Position numbers and translations under genes: made by a program. A stretch of 52,894 nucleotides of DNA from Octopus bimaculoides. Its lineage: Eukaryota. Location: NCBI RefSeq assembly GCF_001194135.2, contig NC_068984.1, forward strand, positions 49,412,145-49,465,038. Reading direction: 5' to 3'. Below, in pieces: positions 1 to 11,717 of this stretch. The first letter of the stretch is position 1, and each line of letters starts with the position of its first letter. Below the pieces are notes generated by a model. That model was not told where the DNA came from and made no database searches. It was given only the letters and a program-made list of their open reading frames with translations.

Positions 1-433
1 ATACAATAGTGAGGTAGAGAGACATTTATTTGAACCATGTTTTTCAAAGTTATTTTAGCAACTGGTGATCAGCTCAGCTGAACTGAGGGAGCGGTTAGCA
101 CGGAAGTTATCAACAAAGTGACATTCATGCAAAACCCAAAATATTTAGCAGATTCAGTAAAATTGAACCAATCTGGGCATATCCTAAATGTTTGGTGGGT
201 AGGGACGTACGTGTGCAAGTGCACGAGTAAGATTCTTTTCTAGTATCAAATTATTTTAAAATCTTAAAATTGTGCACAGATAAATATGTTGATGAATTTA
301 TTCCTATTCTTACAACATAACTCCCATTGCGTCAAACCGAACGTCCTTGAGTGACGCTTAGCGAAAAACGTTATCTTTCCTGAGGCAACGGTGGCTATGT
401 GATATATATGTGTGTGCGTGTGTNNNNNNNNNN

Positions 434-760
434 ACCATCCACACCCACTCCTACACGTCCCAACCCTACCACCACGCTCCAACTTCCCACCACACCCCCA
501 TACATCCCACTCCAACATACCTAACACCTATCCCTACATCCTAACCCCAACCCCACATCACCACACTACCACGTTACCAGACTACATCACACTACCCCGC
601 GCACACTAGCACTGACCACTTGCCAGCACCCACACCATCATCCACACACCCACACATTACAGACGCACACACTTATTTCACACATACACACGTCAAATTC
701 ACCAGCCCCTATCTACACGCACACACTTACTCTCACATACACACGCACGCGCACCTTCGT
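434..760. repeat. C/A-rich low-complexity, degenerate (CA)n-derived tract
   Basis: Composition is almost only C/A with CAC/CACAC motifs. The ORFs 412-609 and 620-814 are H/T/P-rich by-products. Confidence 0.7.
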
Positions 761-877
761 TTTGGGATCACCAATGCTTTATTATCTCCCCTTCTTCCTA
801 AGTTTCCTGTCTAACTACCTTTGCCCAGCCAGCCGCCATGATTAACTTCTAGCTCCAAAAGTTATTTTATTCTTTCT

Positions 878-937
878 GTGAAATACCGCTAACCGTTTTT
901 GACTGGCATTCCAACAGTTCTACCCAGCTCGCCACCA
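878..937 (-). mobile_element. SINE family B head fragment, degenerate
   Basis: aaataccgctaaccgtttttgactggcattccaacagttctacccagctcgccacc resembles the reverse complement of the family-B head seen at 18960 and 51354. Confidence 0.5.
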
Positions 938-949
938 TAATGATATATA

Positions 950-2222
950 TTGTGTTGTCCCATAAATAACGCGGTTCTTTTTGTTTCTTTCATTCTTCAA
1001 AATTAAGATAAACAAAGTTCTTTTTTAATCTAAAATATACTCTCCTTCATTTTCTACAATGCTCTTCCATCTAGCTGGTAAACTAGCAAGGCCCTTCTTC
1101 CAAAATTCACTTGTCCGTGACGGAAAATACTCCTCTGGTACTGTTCTGACCTCTTCTGCAGAATTCATATTTTTTTCAGTCCAGATGATTTTGAAAACTG
1201 CGAAATAAATAATAATCAGAATGGACAATGTCTGGCGAATATGGTGAATGGGGCATCGTTTTCTATTCAAACTGCTCGAGCCTTTGGAAGGACATCCTCG
1301 CTGTATGTGTTCGACCATTGTCCTGATGGAAGAAGACCTTTTGTCTTGAAACCAAAGATGGTCGTTTTTCTTTTAGTGCTGACTTAAGCTGCTCAAACCG
1401 CTCGCAGTAGATCTCCTTTGTTATCGTTTGTTTTGTGTTTAAAATTTCAAAGTAGCCTAAACCGTTCATATCTCACCAAACAGATAACAACACCTTACGT
1501 GGGTGAAGACCTTCTTTAGCCTGGGGTGCTGGTGTTTATCTTTCCCCTACTCACTGTCTTCGGTGCTTGATATTTTTATAGAGAACCCGTTTTTCGTCAC
1601 CAGTTACTATTCTCTCCATGAAAAGGTTCATTCGTGAGATGTGACAGCAAAGAAGAGAACACGTTCACTCTCTGCGTGCGATTAGACTCGGAAAATTTGT
1701 GAGGAACCCATTGACCCAATTTGCTGACTTTTCCGATGGCATACAGGTGTCGATAAATGGCTGAATGACCAAATCCAAGTTTCTATGCTAGTTCCTCAAC
1801 AGTTACAATGGGATTTTGTTCCACCAGGGTTTACAAGACGTCCTCGTCGAGCTCTTCAGATCTTCCAGGACAAGGCTCGTCTTCTAGACTGTAGTTTCTG
1901 ACTCAGAATGTCTGGAACCACGGTTGACACTGGCTTACGCTTATTGTCCGATCCCTATATACTGCATTAATATTCCTTGCACTTTCCGTTGCGTTGTTGC
2001 CTTCATTGAACTCATAAGGCTAAATATGCCGAATATGCTCCTTTGTCACTTCCATTATAGCTTTGAAAAAACAACTGTTAGAATCAAACTGCATTAAGAA
2101 TAAGGACATGGCAAAATTATTACCTGCTTATATAACAAGTTGATGCAGATAGTTTATCCTGTTCCCCTCCGACATTTAGTTCATGCCATTGAAAAGACCG
2201 CTTTATTTATGAGACAACCTAC
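950..2222 (-). mobile_element. Full-length defective mariner (DD34D) DNA transposon, ~1.27 kb
   Basis: Left TIR ttgtgttgtcccataaataacgcggtt (950-976) follows TA. Imperfect right TIR gaccgctttatttatgagacaacctac (2196-2222), about 21/27 match. A transposase remnant lies between them. Confidence 0.93.
1025..2055 (-). pseudogene. Mariner transposase pseudogene (stops and frameshifts)
   Basis: Starts MEVTKEHIRHI. Catalytic motifs IVTGDEK, LHPRKVLLSVW, FFHQDNGRTHTA and PHSPYSPDIVHSDYYLF. C-terminus LPARWKSIVENEGEYILD*. Confidence 0.93.
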
Positions 2223-2328
2223 GCAGTTTATTATTTAAGCTTAAGTCGATCCCTCCGTGTTGTTATTTTGCACTTATAATGAAATAAATATATACAAACT
2301 ATAAAAATAATTTTAAAAAAAGACAATG

Positions 2329-2410
2329 CAGTACTGTTTCTACTTCGCGGATTTTCACCTATCGCGGGTGATTTTGGAACGTAACACCAGCGATAGTCTG
2401 AGGATTACTG
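2329..2410 (-). mobile_element. Terminal fragment of a Tigger/pogo-like DNA transposon
   Basis: Reverse complement cagtaatcctcagactatcgctggtgttacgttccaaaatcacccgcgataggtgaaaatccgcgaagtag resembles the CAGT-initiated Tigger-type terminus and subterminal motif. No partner end was found and the TA TSD is not intact. Confidence 0.5.
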
Positions 2411-2423
2411 AATATATATTACA

Positions 2424-2424
<1 letters not shown>

Positions 2425-2465
<41 letters not shown>
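2425..2465. repeat. (TG)n microsatellite
   Basis: Direct reading. Confidence 0.98.
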
Positions 2466-2468
<3 letters not shown>

Positions 2469-3476
2469 TGAGCTATATATACATCTCAATTCTAAAGATT
2501 TGCAAAACAAGATATGTTCGCGTGCCGTGCGGAAATGTCATTTCTAACGTTTCAACCCGGTTCCATTTTTTAAGGAAGAGCTTTATGTGAAACGCCAAAC
2601 TTACCGCTCCTCAAAATACATAGACATAATTTAATTTATCGATTTTATCAACTCGTTTTGCCGAATCAGATTATCTTATGCTTTTTTTTTTTTTGCTTTT
2701 TTTTCCAATCAGAAAGCTAATGAGAAAATGATCGCTATCAATTTCTAATTTCCATTTTGGTGTTTGATATAAACTGTGACCTTCATGAAAATTGCACTTC
2801 TTATGGTTTTGTAGATATCACATATGTGGTAGTATTCGATTGTGTGACGTATTAAATCTACCAGCCAAGAACAAGTATATTCCAAAGGGCTTCCACACAG
2901 TTTCATTATTTTTCGTTAATTGATAAGTAGGTAGAAACATAGTCACCAAAACCATTTTTAAGGTCCATGACTGATGATAGAAAGGAACAAAGTTATTCCC
3001 TAACCGTAGACCTTGCAACAGAGTGGATCTGGCTAAATGCACAAAAGGGCCATGTGATTGTGAAAAGTGAAACGAGGGATTATGTCAATCATCCAAAAAC
3101 AGAAATAGTCACTTTGATGCGTTTATACACCGCCTCTGTCTATTCGTACATGGTTTGACCATAGCTTCGGATTGATTCATTTGAACTCCATGGTTGCAAT
3201 GTGAACTTTTTAACCACACAGCCATGTCTACGAACCATAAAGACATGATAATTTTCAATAAATTAATGCATTTCTGAAAGTAAAATTTATTAACATTTTT
3301 TTTAATTATTTTAATTTTTTTCTGTTAGTAATAACTAACTGATTTGCTAATATTCTAACAATCAATTTTGATTTGACCGCTTTAATATATTCGTATCTTT
3401 CTCTCCTGTACACAAGCCAGCTCTCACATTTTATACAAACTATATATGTGTATCTGGTGTTATATATTTATATATA

Positions 3477-3479
<3 letters not shown>

Positions 3480-3538
<59 letters not shown>
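3480..3538. repeat. (GA)n microsatellite
   Basis: Direct reading. Confidence 0.98.
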
Positions 3539-3543
<5 letters not shown>

Positions 3544-3648
3544 AAGATATGCGCACACACACACATTTACATATATATATATATATATTTCTCTTTTTTA
3601 CTTCGCTGTGAGATTTTATATTTTCTTTCATTTCTGTTTTATTTCCAG

Positions 3649-3672
3649 CACAGTCTAAAAGAAAATTCGAAG
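3649..3672 (+). CDS. Candidate 24-nt internal microexon of an unidentified gene (HSLKENSK in phase 0, or xQSKRKFE in phase 1)
   Basis: Long polypyrimidine tract ttttctttcatttctgttttatttccAG (3621-3648), exon cacagtctaaaagaaaattcgaag, then a consensus donor AAG|GTAAGT. Length is divisible by 3 and two frames are open. No homology was recognised. Confidence 0.45.
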
Positions 3673-3869
3673 GTAAGTCAAGTATTTCTCATTTCAAATT
3701 TAGTTTTAAAATGTAACTTATGGCGTATATTTTAGTGATATGATGATTTTATTTTTTGCATTTCATTAATGCTGAAACTTAGTTCGTTTTTCTTTTTCTT
3801 TTTTTTTTTTTTTTCGTTATATCTGAATGAACTATTGAGAGAAATACCTCCACATTTTAGTATGGTGTT

Positions 3870-4070
3870 ATTCTTCTTAGCCAAAGTCAGCCCTGAATGA
3901 GCAGACTAATATCGTCCTACGACCTTGCTACACATTTTTTGTTTTTTTGGTGGTGATGGTGGGCATTGTGTCTCAAATACATAATCGAATGCTGTCTGCA
4001 TTACATCTTTCTTAAGGCGGCAGGTTATGATTTAAGGAAGACAAGAAGCGGATCGAGCAACTACTTAAGC
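3870..4070 (+). repeat. Old unclassified interspersed repeat (family D)
   Basis: Shares ttagccaaagtcagccctga..gagcagac and cttaaggcggcaggttatgattt motifs with degenerate copies near 22810-22900, 23520-23660, 32230-32420 and 42105-42170. Compared by eye only. Confidence 0.4.
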
Positions 4071-4356
4071 TTTAAACGATTAGATTATTTCCCAGTATCA
4101 AATCCAAAATTTTGAATGCCAAAATCGATATTGGTGAGAGTTTAACTCAATCCAGCGATCTTAATAGGTATTTTAATACACCAAACTCCCTCTTATTCGG
4201 CACCACTAGGATGACTGAATTTTCCGAATAATTAATCATTATTCTTTAAGTTACCAAAGCACCTTATAAAACTCATTAAAACTCTATGTGCATCAGTACT
4301 ATTATTAGCATTCTGAATATAGTAAAAATAAGAGAAATATGAAAAACTAATTCTAG

Positions 4357-4694
4357 TGTTGGCACTGGCACTCCAGTTGATCCGATCAACGGAACAGCCT
4401 GCTCGTGAAATTAGCGTACAAGTGGCTGAGCACTTCACAGACTCCACGTAGTTCTCGGGGATATTCAGCGAGATAAGGCTGACCCTTTGAATTACAGGCA
4501 CAACAGAAACAGGAAGTAAGAGAAAGCTGTGGTAAAAGAGTACAGCAGGGTTCGCCACTATCCCCTGCCGGAGCCTCTTGGAGCTTTAGGTGTTTTCGCT
4601 CAATAAACATTCTCAACACCCGGTCTGGGAATCGAAACTTCAATCTTATGACCGCGAGTCCGCTGCCCTAACCACTGGGCCATTGCGCCTCCAC
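4357..4694 (-). mobile_element. tRNA-derived SINE family C
   Basis: Minus-strand head gtggaggcgcaaTGGCCCAGTGGttagggcagcggactcgcggtcataagattgaaGTTTCGATTCCcag carries A and B boxes. The body matches 22434-22777. Possible decayed TSD actaattctag/attaattttag. Confidence 0.9.
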
Positions 4695-5464
4695 ATTAAT
4701 TTTAGTAAAGAACAGTTTTATAAACCTAATAAAATATGGGTGCTATAAATACGATAAAATATAATAAAATACTGTACTTCGAGAAGAAGCAGTCCATTTC
4801 AGAGAGTTTTTTTTTTTTATGAGAACACAAACTACGATAAATTCTCTAGACTTTTATAAAAGAATAAGAAAATATATTTCGTTTTAGTATTTGCTTTGCA
4901 AGATTTTTTATGTGAATTCGTGTGTTGAAGCCTATTTTATCATTTACTAAATAATCTTAAATTTGCTTTACAATATAGAAACGATCTCATGTTATATTCA
5001 TTCACCACTTGTTTACGATCCTTACTCTTCTTAAGGGTGTGTTGTACTTCTTGCTTTTACCTTCTGAAGACATTGTTACGGATGGGTTGTTGCGTTCTGA
5101 GAAAATTTACGGAAATACGAGATTGCGGATAACTTGAGAATGAAATACCTGAGCGACTGACGAACGATTAAGCACTGCTGGCATCTGGTGGTTGGTGGCT
5201 GATGGTAAAACCACCATTCAGCTCCAAAATTGAACCAGTGCTTGCGCAGGTATTATTGCAGTTGGGTGAAAAACTGACACATCCTACCTTAAAATGTTTT
5301 CTTCATATTTCACCATGGAACAAAATGCACATTAATAGTAGGAAACCCTAATTATAGGTCAAACATCTAAAGAATATTGATAAATAGAATATTCAACAAT
5401 TTTTCACTAATGATACAAATAACCAGTTACAGGTGATGTGATAGCACTTCCCCGTCTATATTCG

Positions 5465-5511
<47 letters not shown>
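5465..5511. repeat. (CTA)n microsatellite followed by a purine-rich low-complexity tract to ~5745
   Basis: Direct reading. ORF 5507-5737 (Leu/Phe-rich) is the antisense by-product. Confidence 0.95.
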
Positions 5512-6129
5512 GGTATCCGTCAGTTTTACAGTCTACAGAGGGTGCCTGGGGAAGGAATAGGAGGACGAAGAAGAGAAAATCTGGGAGGATGGCGATGATG
5601 ACGAGGAGAAATGAGGCTGAGAAGGATGGGCGGAAGAAGTGGAACAGCAAGTGGAAGGAAAGCAAAAACAGGAGGAGCAGGAACAAGAACAGGACTGTGA
5701 AGTTCAAAAGCAGGAGGGAAAGCAGGAGGAGGAGCAAAACGAGGTGGACTTTGAAGTCTAATCCCTAACCTTCAAACACGATCTTAGATTAAATATACAA
5801 AGATTGGTGCTTCTTGTGTAGATGAGGTGTATGTAGATTTTTTATGAAGCTGCTAGCTTTTTTCATATAAGTTTTAGGTTTACATCTACTTCTTAATCCC
5901 TGTGACACACTTGCAGTATCATTGAGTTCGCTTGCCAGCCACTGCTTCCCAGTTGACAAAGTTGAAGTCATATCACCTTTGCACACATCCCTGTATTGCA
6001 GATGGAGGAAAACTTTGCCTCTCGATCTCCATGCCATTTTACTACATAGGTCTTTTGTTTTTTAGATTACTACCATTATCCTGACGACGAACATATCCAA
6101 ACAATCAAAGTCGCTGGTGGCACAGGAAA

Positions 6130-6240
6130 ATCATCTTAGAAGGGATATTTCCCTGCTCAGTACATCACAGCAGTTGATCTTGTCTTGCTATTCAATTCTG
6201 GACCGACACCTAACATGAAACACATGAAATTTATGTTCTT
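6130..6240 (+). mobile_element. Possible highly decayed RTE-type LINE RT fragment
   Basis: Translation FPAQYITAVDLVLL..NMKHMKFM resembles the RTE RT segment YPAxxITDADFADDLALL..NAxKTEFM with an internal deletion. Weak. Confidence 0.3.
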
Positions 6241-7104
6241 ATGAAAAGTATGTTATCTACGACTTGATGCCATAAAGAATTGCGTTGAGAATAGATAGAG
6301 CCTTATGCACCGACATTAGTTGATGTTTTTTGACTAAGCCTTTCTCTAATTTTAGATCTCGATTTAGATTGCTTGTAGCAGTGGTACCGAGATACTGGTA
6401 TCCATGTACAAGGTTCAGTTCTGTTCCATGATTTTGACTGCTTGAGATATCTTATAAAACCAAATAGCTTCTGATAAAATATCCATAAAGTTTTCTTAAA
6501 CCTTCTACACGGTATGAGAAGATAACACAATTATCAGCACTCAGCATGTTACTGATGGTAACTAACCTTGTCTTAGTTTTCACCTTTAGTCTGTCTGGCT
6601 GCCTGACCTTGAATGGAAATAAACACCATCGGCTGAGGAATCGAATGTCTGTTTCAGGGGCATCCCAATGAAGATACCTAAAAGTGTAAAGTGTAAACAG
6701 GTCCTAACTTGATCCTACACTTCTCATATTCTTTGGATAAAGATTCATCGTAATCCAGATTCCCCACCGTTTCAACATGGAAATATCGTACGATGCTCCT
6801 GATCTTGATAATAAATGAACATCTTAACAAGTTATCTCTACTGATAGGATTCTGTTTTTTTTATACTTTTCTTTAAGATGGCGCAGTGAAGACATTATTC
6901 TTGTAATGAATCCATTGGCATAGAAGCTGCATTACGACTCGGAATAAGTTTTGTCTACAAGTTTCTGAGGCCGACAGTATAAAGAGATGTACCTCAGTAA
7001 ATATAGCAATCACTTCAGATTACATTGTTCATGTAGAATGTGACAATGTTGCCATCCAGCTTTTTATGTACAATGCTACCAGTTTAGAATAATGGAATAG
7101 TATC

Positions 7105-7620
7105 TTTTAAATCGATCATCAGTATTACGTGGTACTTATTTTATTGACTCCAGGCGTTGGAAAGGAAAAGTCGACCTTGTCAGGATTCAAATTCAGAACT
7201 TAAAAATCCCAACTGAATACAGCAAAGCATTTTATCCAGCTTCTACCGATTCAGCCAATAGTTACATTTCTAGTGATAATTTAATTGTTTTTAAGATAGG
7301 CAAAAGGTTGAAAAATGGGTAAAGAGATCCAATTGATGCCAAAACTTGACTGATACTTTATTTTATCTACCATTAAAGAATGAAAGAGAAAGTTAACTTT
7401 GCTTGGATCTGATTTCAAAAAATAAAGAACCAGAAGAAATACCGCAACATCTTTAATAATTACTCTAATAACTATGCCAACTCACCTCATACCAGCTCGA
7501 AGATTTCTAATTTAGGCACAAGGCCAGTAATTTTGATGGGAGGGGAATAGCTGATACAATATCTCCAGTACTTGAGTGGTACTTTCTGTTATCGACCCCA
7601 GCGGGATCGACGGCAACCTT
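7105..7620 (-). mobile_element. Cluster of three degenerate family-B SINE pieces in the same orientation
   Basis: Repeated gtggtacttattttattgac / gaaaggaaaagtcgacc / ggcacaaggcc blocks at ~7105-7260, 7290-7455 and 7505-7620. A further decayed piece lies at ~8095-8235. Confidence 0.65.
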
Positions 7621-8745
7621 CATAATTTGTCGCTGATGCTTTCGTTCTTTTAGGCTTTAAACTTGTTAAATAGATTTGGCTCTCACGTATATAACAGATG
7701 ACTCGCCTACCTGGGATGCTGGATTTTAAATTTTTCCTCTCAGTATCCTCTGCAGTTCTAGTATTTCATGTTACTAGTACCCATTTAGCTTTATCACCAA
7801 ATAAAGTATCTATAGTTACCTCACATAATTACCGTAATGTCCAAGTACTGCATGTAGTAAGACGCTTTTTAGAGGAGATCTTCCATCCTTAAACTCTCCT
7901 ATTATCTGGATTCAGATATTTCCTTTTTTTTTTTCTCTTGTTTTCTTTTTAACTTTCTCCTAGATGTAGTTCTCACAATTCTCCAGTCTCGTCTCCTCCC
8001 TGTTCTAGTGAAGACACACCTCGGCTCGTCATTGTCCTTGCTTGAAAATGTACTCTCTGGGGTACAAACAGGATAACCATGTCTGGTACACTTTTAATCA
8101 TAGGTGTATTTGATGAGTGTTAACAGAAAGGTGAAAGTAATGCCAGACCTTACGGGATTTGAATGCATAGTATACAGAACGTAAAGAGAGTGACGTAACT
8201 AAAGCTCTAGCTACATTTCTTCCGTTATTCAACTATTTCTGCCATTAACAATTATTTTTAATAAATCTCACCGTTCCTGAAATTATTCTATATATTTTGG
8301 TTATTAAATTCCACCCTAACATTTCTTGTACACTATTACCATTTGATTAAACAAATTATTAGGCTCTCCTCTACAAAATTCCAGGCAAAAACGTTTATTA
8401 ATTTCCTTAATATAATTTTTTCAGTAAAACTAAACGTCGCCGAGTTATTCTCCACAGAAAATTGTTAACATTTATATTTACTCCCTCTTGTTAAATATGT
8501 ATGTTGTTATCCTCCTTAACGATAGTTTATGTTGTTTGTTCGTTTTTTGCATTTTGCATTTGTTTTATTTTTAAATATATATTTGCCGTGGGAAATGAAG
8601 CGGTGTCGTATCAGAGTTATAGAGGGCAAAGTAGTAAGATTCTGAACTTCTGAGATCCGGTACGGCAGTATTACTAATGATTTATTATTGGAATATGAAA
8701 TTGTGTATACGAATGCGTAAAGTATGGACAAGGTAAAAATATCTG

Positions 8746-8746
<1 letters not shown>

Positions 8747-8818
<72 letters not shown>
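8747..8818. repeat. (AAT)n microsatellite
   Basis: Direct reading. The poly-I and poly-Y ORFs 8516-8860 and 8685-8984 are artefacts of it. Confidence 0.98.
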
Positions 8819-8819
<1 letters not shown>

Positions 8820-8820
8820 T

Positions 8821-9058
8821 ATAATAAAAAAATATTCAGACAAATACATAACAAAAACACCAGGACTTACAAATATATATAACATACAGAAAATTGCACT
8901 ACTGGGTACTGCACACATTCTACGCAAAACACTTTCAATACAGTAAACATAAGAGCACCACAGCAAACCACACCACATACTCAAGGCGCACAGAGCTGCG
9001 CTCGGTAGTGAAGTGAAAGCACGTTATAAAAATAAAACTACTGAATAATAATAATAAT
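8821..9058 (+). mobile_element. 5'-truncated R4/Dong-clade LINE 3' end
   Basis: Encodes IIKKYSDKYITKTPGLTNIYNIQKIALLGTAHILRKTLSIQ* (8821-8946), the C-terminus of the restriction-like endonuclease typical of R4/Dong. A short 3' UTR and an (AAT)n tail follow. Confidence 0.85.
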
Positions 9059-9250
9059 GTTATTTAAGAAGTCCTATACAAATCTGATGAAATTTAAAAA
9101 ATATATTTATGCTGGAACTAGGTTGACAGATATGTTTATTTTCTCACTCGCCTTTTTTCTCTCTTTCTCCTCCTTTCCCTTTCTGTCTCTCCCTCTCTTT
9201 TTCTCTCTCACTATGTATATATGTAAATGTGTATATATCATATATGTATA

Positions 9251-9328
9251 TATGTATGTTTGTATGTATGTATGTTTGTATGTATGTATGTATGTATGTA
9301 TGCATGCATGCATGTATGTATGTATGTA
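9251..9328. repeat. (TATG)n/(CATG)n tetranucleotide microsatellite (another at ~12155-12214)
   Basis: Direct reading. Confidence 0.95.
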
Positions 9329-9350
9329 TTATATACGTACNNNNNNNNNN

Positions 9351-9390
<40 letters not shown>

Positions 9391-9821
9391 TCAAACTCGC
9401 ACGCGCGCATTCACACACACATGAATATATATGAATGCTTATATGTGTGTTTGTTGTGTTTGAGTGTATCTGGCATGGGAGCAAGACATTTCTAATGACT
9501 CGACTAATGAAACAAAGTTTTCATCTTTTAATGATGTTTGGTTCCACAGAGAATTTCTACCAGATGACCAATCATTATTCCTCATGTCTGTGAGTATTAG
9601 ACAACAGATATAAACTTCGGTAAAATATTGGCAAATGTTTTAAACAAATATAACTTGTTATATCTAAACAACTGAATCATAAGATTTGCTTTCCTAACGG
9701 CTACGACGGTCTGGATGCCGATCATTGTTAAGTTCAGAATGATAATTTATATATATATATATATANNNNNNNNNNNNNNNNNNNNNNNNNNNNNNNNNNN
9801 NNNNNNNNNNNNNNNNNNNNN

Positions 9822-10481
9822 ATTTAAACTTAGATAAACTTAGATATGTTTCAACCGAAGATTGGTCCAGGCAATGTCTAACTTAATAGCACCACCTGAT
9901 AGGATTATCTAAATCCTTTTTAAGTCAAGTTTTCTTTATGGTTCATTCAAGTAGTGAGTTCTTGTTGAGTGAGTTGTATCCAAGTATAGGTACCTTGTCT
10001 GGTATTCCTTGAAGAAATCTGTCCTGACTCCGTTGAAAGATGATGGGATCCTTTTCCTCTTTGATCAGTTTTGGGACAATGTTAAACAGAGCAGGGCCTG
10101 TTGAGGAAAAGAAATTATGTCGTAGTGTACCTATTTGTTGTGATCTTGAATTAGGCAGGGGACGTATGACCCGTGGTTCCAGCCTTGGATGAACTTTGAA
10201 ACTAATGTTCAGGTCGTTTGGGCAATGCTGGCGGTATATTCTCCACATCGTACAAATGATACACTGCTCGCGACGGTGCTGGAGACCGTAGAGTTTCAAG
10301 GCTTTAAGGCGGTCCCAGAAACGACATCAGTCACGCCCTTAATTCATTTAGTTAGTGGCCTCTGAGGTGATTCAATTTTCGAGATGTATTGTTTTGTATG
10401 GGGAGACCACATGGGGCAGCAGTATTTGAGGTGTGGCCGTGCAAAGAAGGAGAAAAGTGGAATGATTACACCTTGTTCTAC

Positions 10482-10482
<1 letters not shown>
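9822..10482 (-). mobile_element. CR1-like LINE 3' fragment
   Basis: Minus-strand translation IIPLFSFFARPHLKYCCPMWSP..LKALKLYGLQHRRE..FSSTGPALFNIVP..DRFLQGIPD..NSLLE*, the CR1/L2 post-RT region. Ends in tandem 10-mers (aaacttagat x2) next to a gap. Confidence 0.85.
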
Positions 10483-10520
<38 letters not shown>

Positions 10521-10946
10521 CATTCATACATATATATACATACACATGCATATATATATATATATATATANNNNNNNNNNNNNNNNNNNNNNNNNNNNNN
10601 NNNNNNNNNNNNNNNNNNNNNNNNNNNNNNNNNNNNNNNNNNNNNNNNNNNNNNNNNNNNNNNNNNNNNNNNNNNNNNNNNNNNNNNNNNNNNNNNNNNN
10701 NNNNNNNNNNNNNNNNNNNNNNNNNNNNNNNNNNNNNNNNNNNNNNNNNNNNNNNNNNNNNNNNNNNNNNNNNNNNNNNNNNNNNNNNNNNNNNNNNNNN
10801 NNNNNNNNNNNNNNNNNNNNNNNNNNNNNNNNNNNNNNNNNNNNNNNNNNNNNNNNNNNNNNNNNNNNNNNNNNNNNNNNNNNNNNNNNNNNNNNNNNNN
10901 NNNNNNNNNNNNNNNNNNNNNNNNNNNNNNNNNNNNNNNNNNNNNN

Positions 10947-10978
<32 letters not shown>

Positions 10979-11680
10979 CCCGCATGTCTGCATGTTTGTA
11001 TGTGTGTATATAATACATACAGCATATCATGCATCATATATACATCCTTCTATATACAAAAAAACTATGTCTATGCGTGAGTGTATGTCTGTCTAATTAT
11101 CACTTACATATGGTTTCAACATTCAGTTCATCAGCTGTCGGCTGGAGATCACAGTGATTTCAGCAACTTGTAACAAAATCACTTTTGCCAACGATGTCGA
11201 CTAGTACTGATGTTGCTGATGACGGAAGTGCTCTAGTTCTTTTGGTTTACATCTTTCTTCACCATTTTCCTGCATTCTTCCGTGCAACTATCTTAATAAA
11301 TCGAGGACATCTGCTATTATCCATCCAAAAATTTGTTTTCATACTTCCTGAGATTATTGTTTTCACTTCCAGCTTTGAGCTTTCTTTCACTTAACTCATG
11401 ATAAAGCGTTCTTTTCATCTCTCTGCAGTTTGCAAATAATTGCTCTAGTATTCTTTCTAACTCCAATTTCATCCATGCAGGACATCAGGACTTAGCTATT
11501 AAATTTAGCAAAATTGAGCTAAGTTTAGTAGGATTTAACTCACACCATCCCACGTCCCCCTAAAGTGTTGTAGGCTGCTGTTATGATGCTTCATATGCTT
11601 GCTTGAGTTCCTTATATTGTAAGGACTTGCTTTCATGCAAGCGTGCACGCACATGCACATGTAAGTATTACCTCTTTCTT

Positions 11681-11717
<37 letters not shown>

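Noticed and set aside
59-121. Short + strand frame QLVISSAELRERLARKLSTK* after ttattttAG
   Set aside because: Too short, with no homology and no supporting context at the window edge.
316-381. Possible 66-nt minus-strand exon (KITFFAKRHSRTFGLTQWELC) with a GTAAGA donor
   Set aside because: The acceptor lacks a polypyrimidine tract, there is no recognisable homology, and it is close to a gap.
4620-4694. tRNA genes suggested by A/B boxes at SINE heads (also 22740, 30720, 18961)
   Set aside because: They continue into SINE bodies and lack a closed acceptor stem; these are tRNA-derived SINE heads, not tRNA genes.
5061-5300. Minus-strand ATG TCT TCA GAA G|GTAAAA as a possible first coding exon
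   Set aside because: Only four codons and a mediocre donor; indistinguishable from chance.
10372-11096. Long ORFs of 168-359 aa at 10372-11096, 19426-20505 and 42118-43033
   Set aside because: They are runs of X through N-gaps flanked by (TA)n/(GT)n and are not real coding sequence.
11150-11500. Possible RTE-BovB-like inter-domain fragment (WIIADVLDL)
   Set aside because: A single weak motif with many stops; not supportable.
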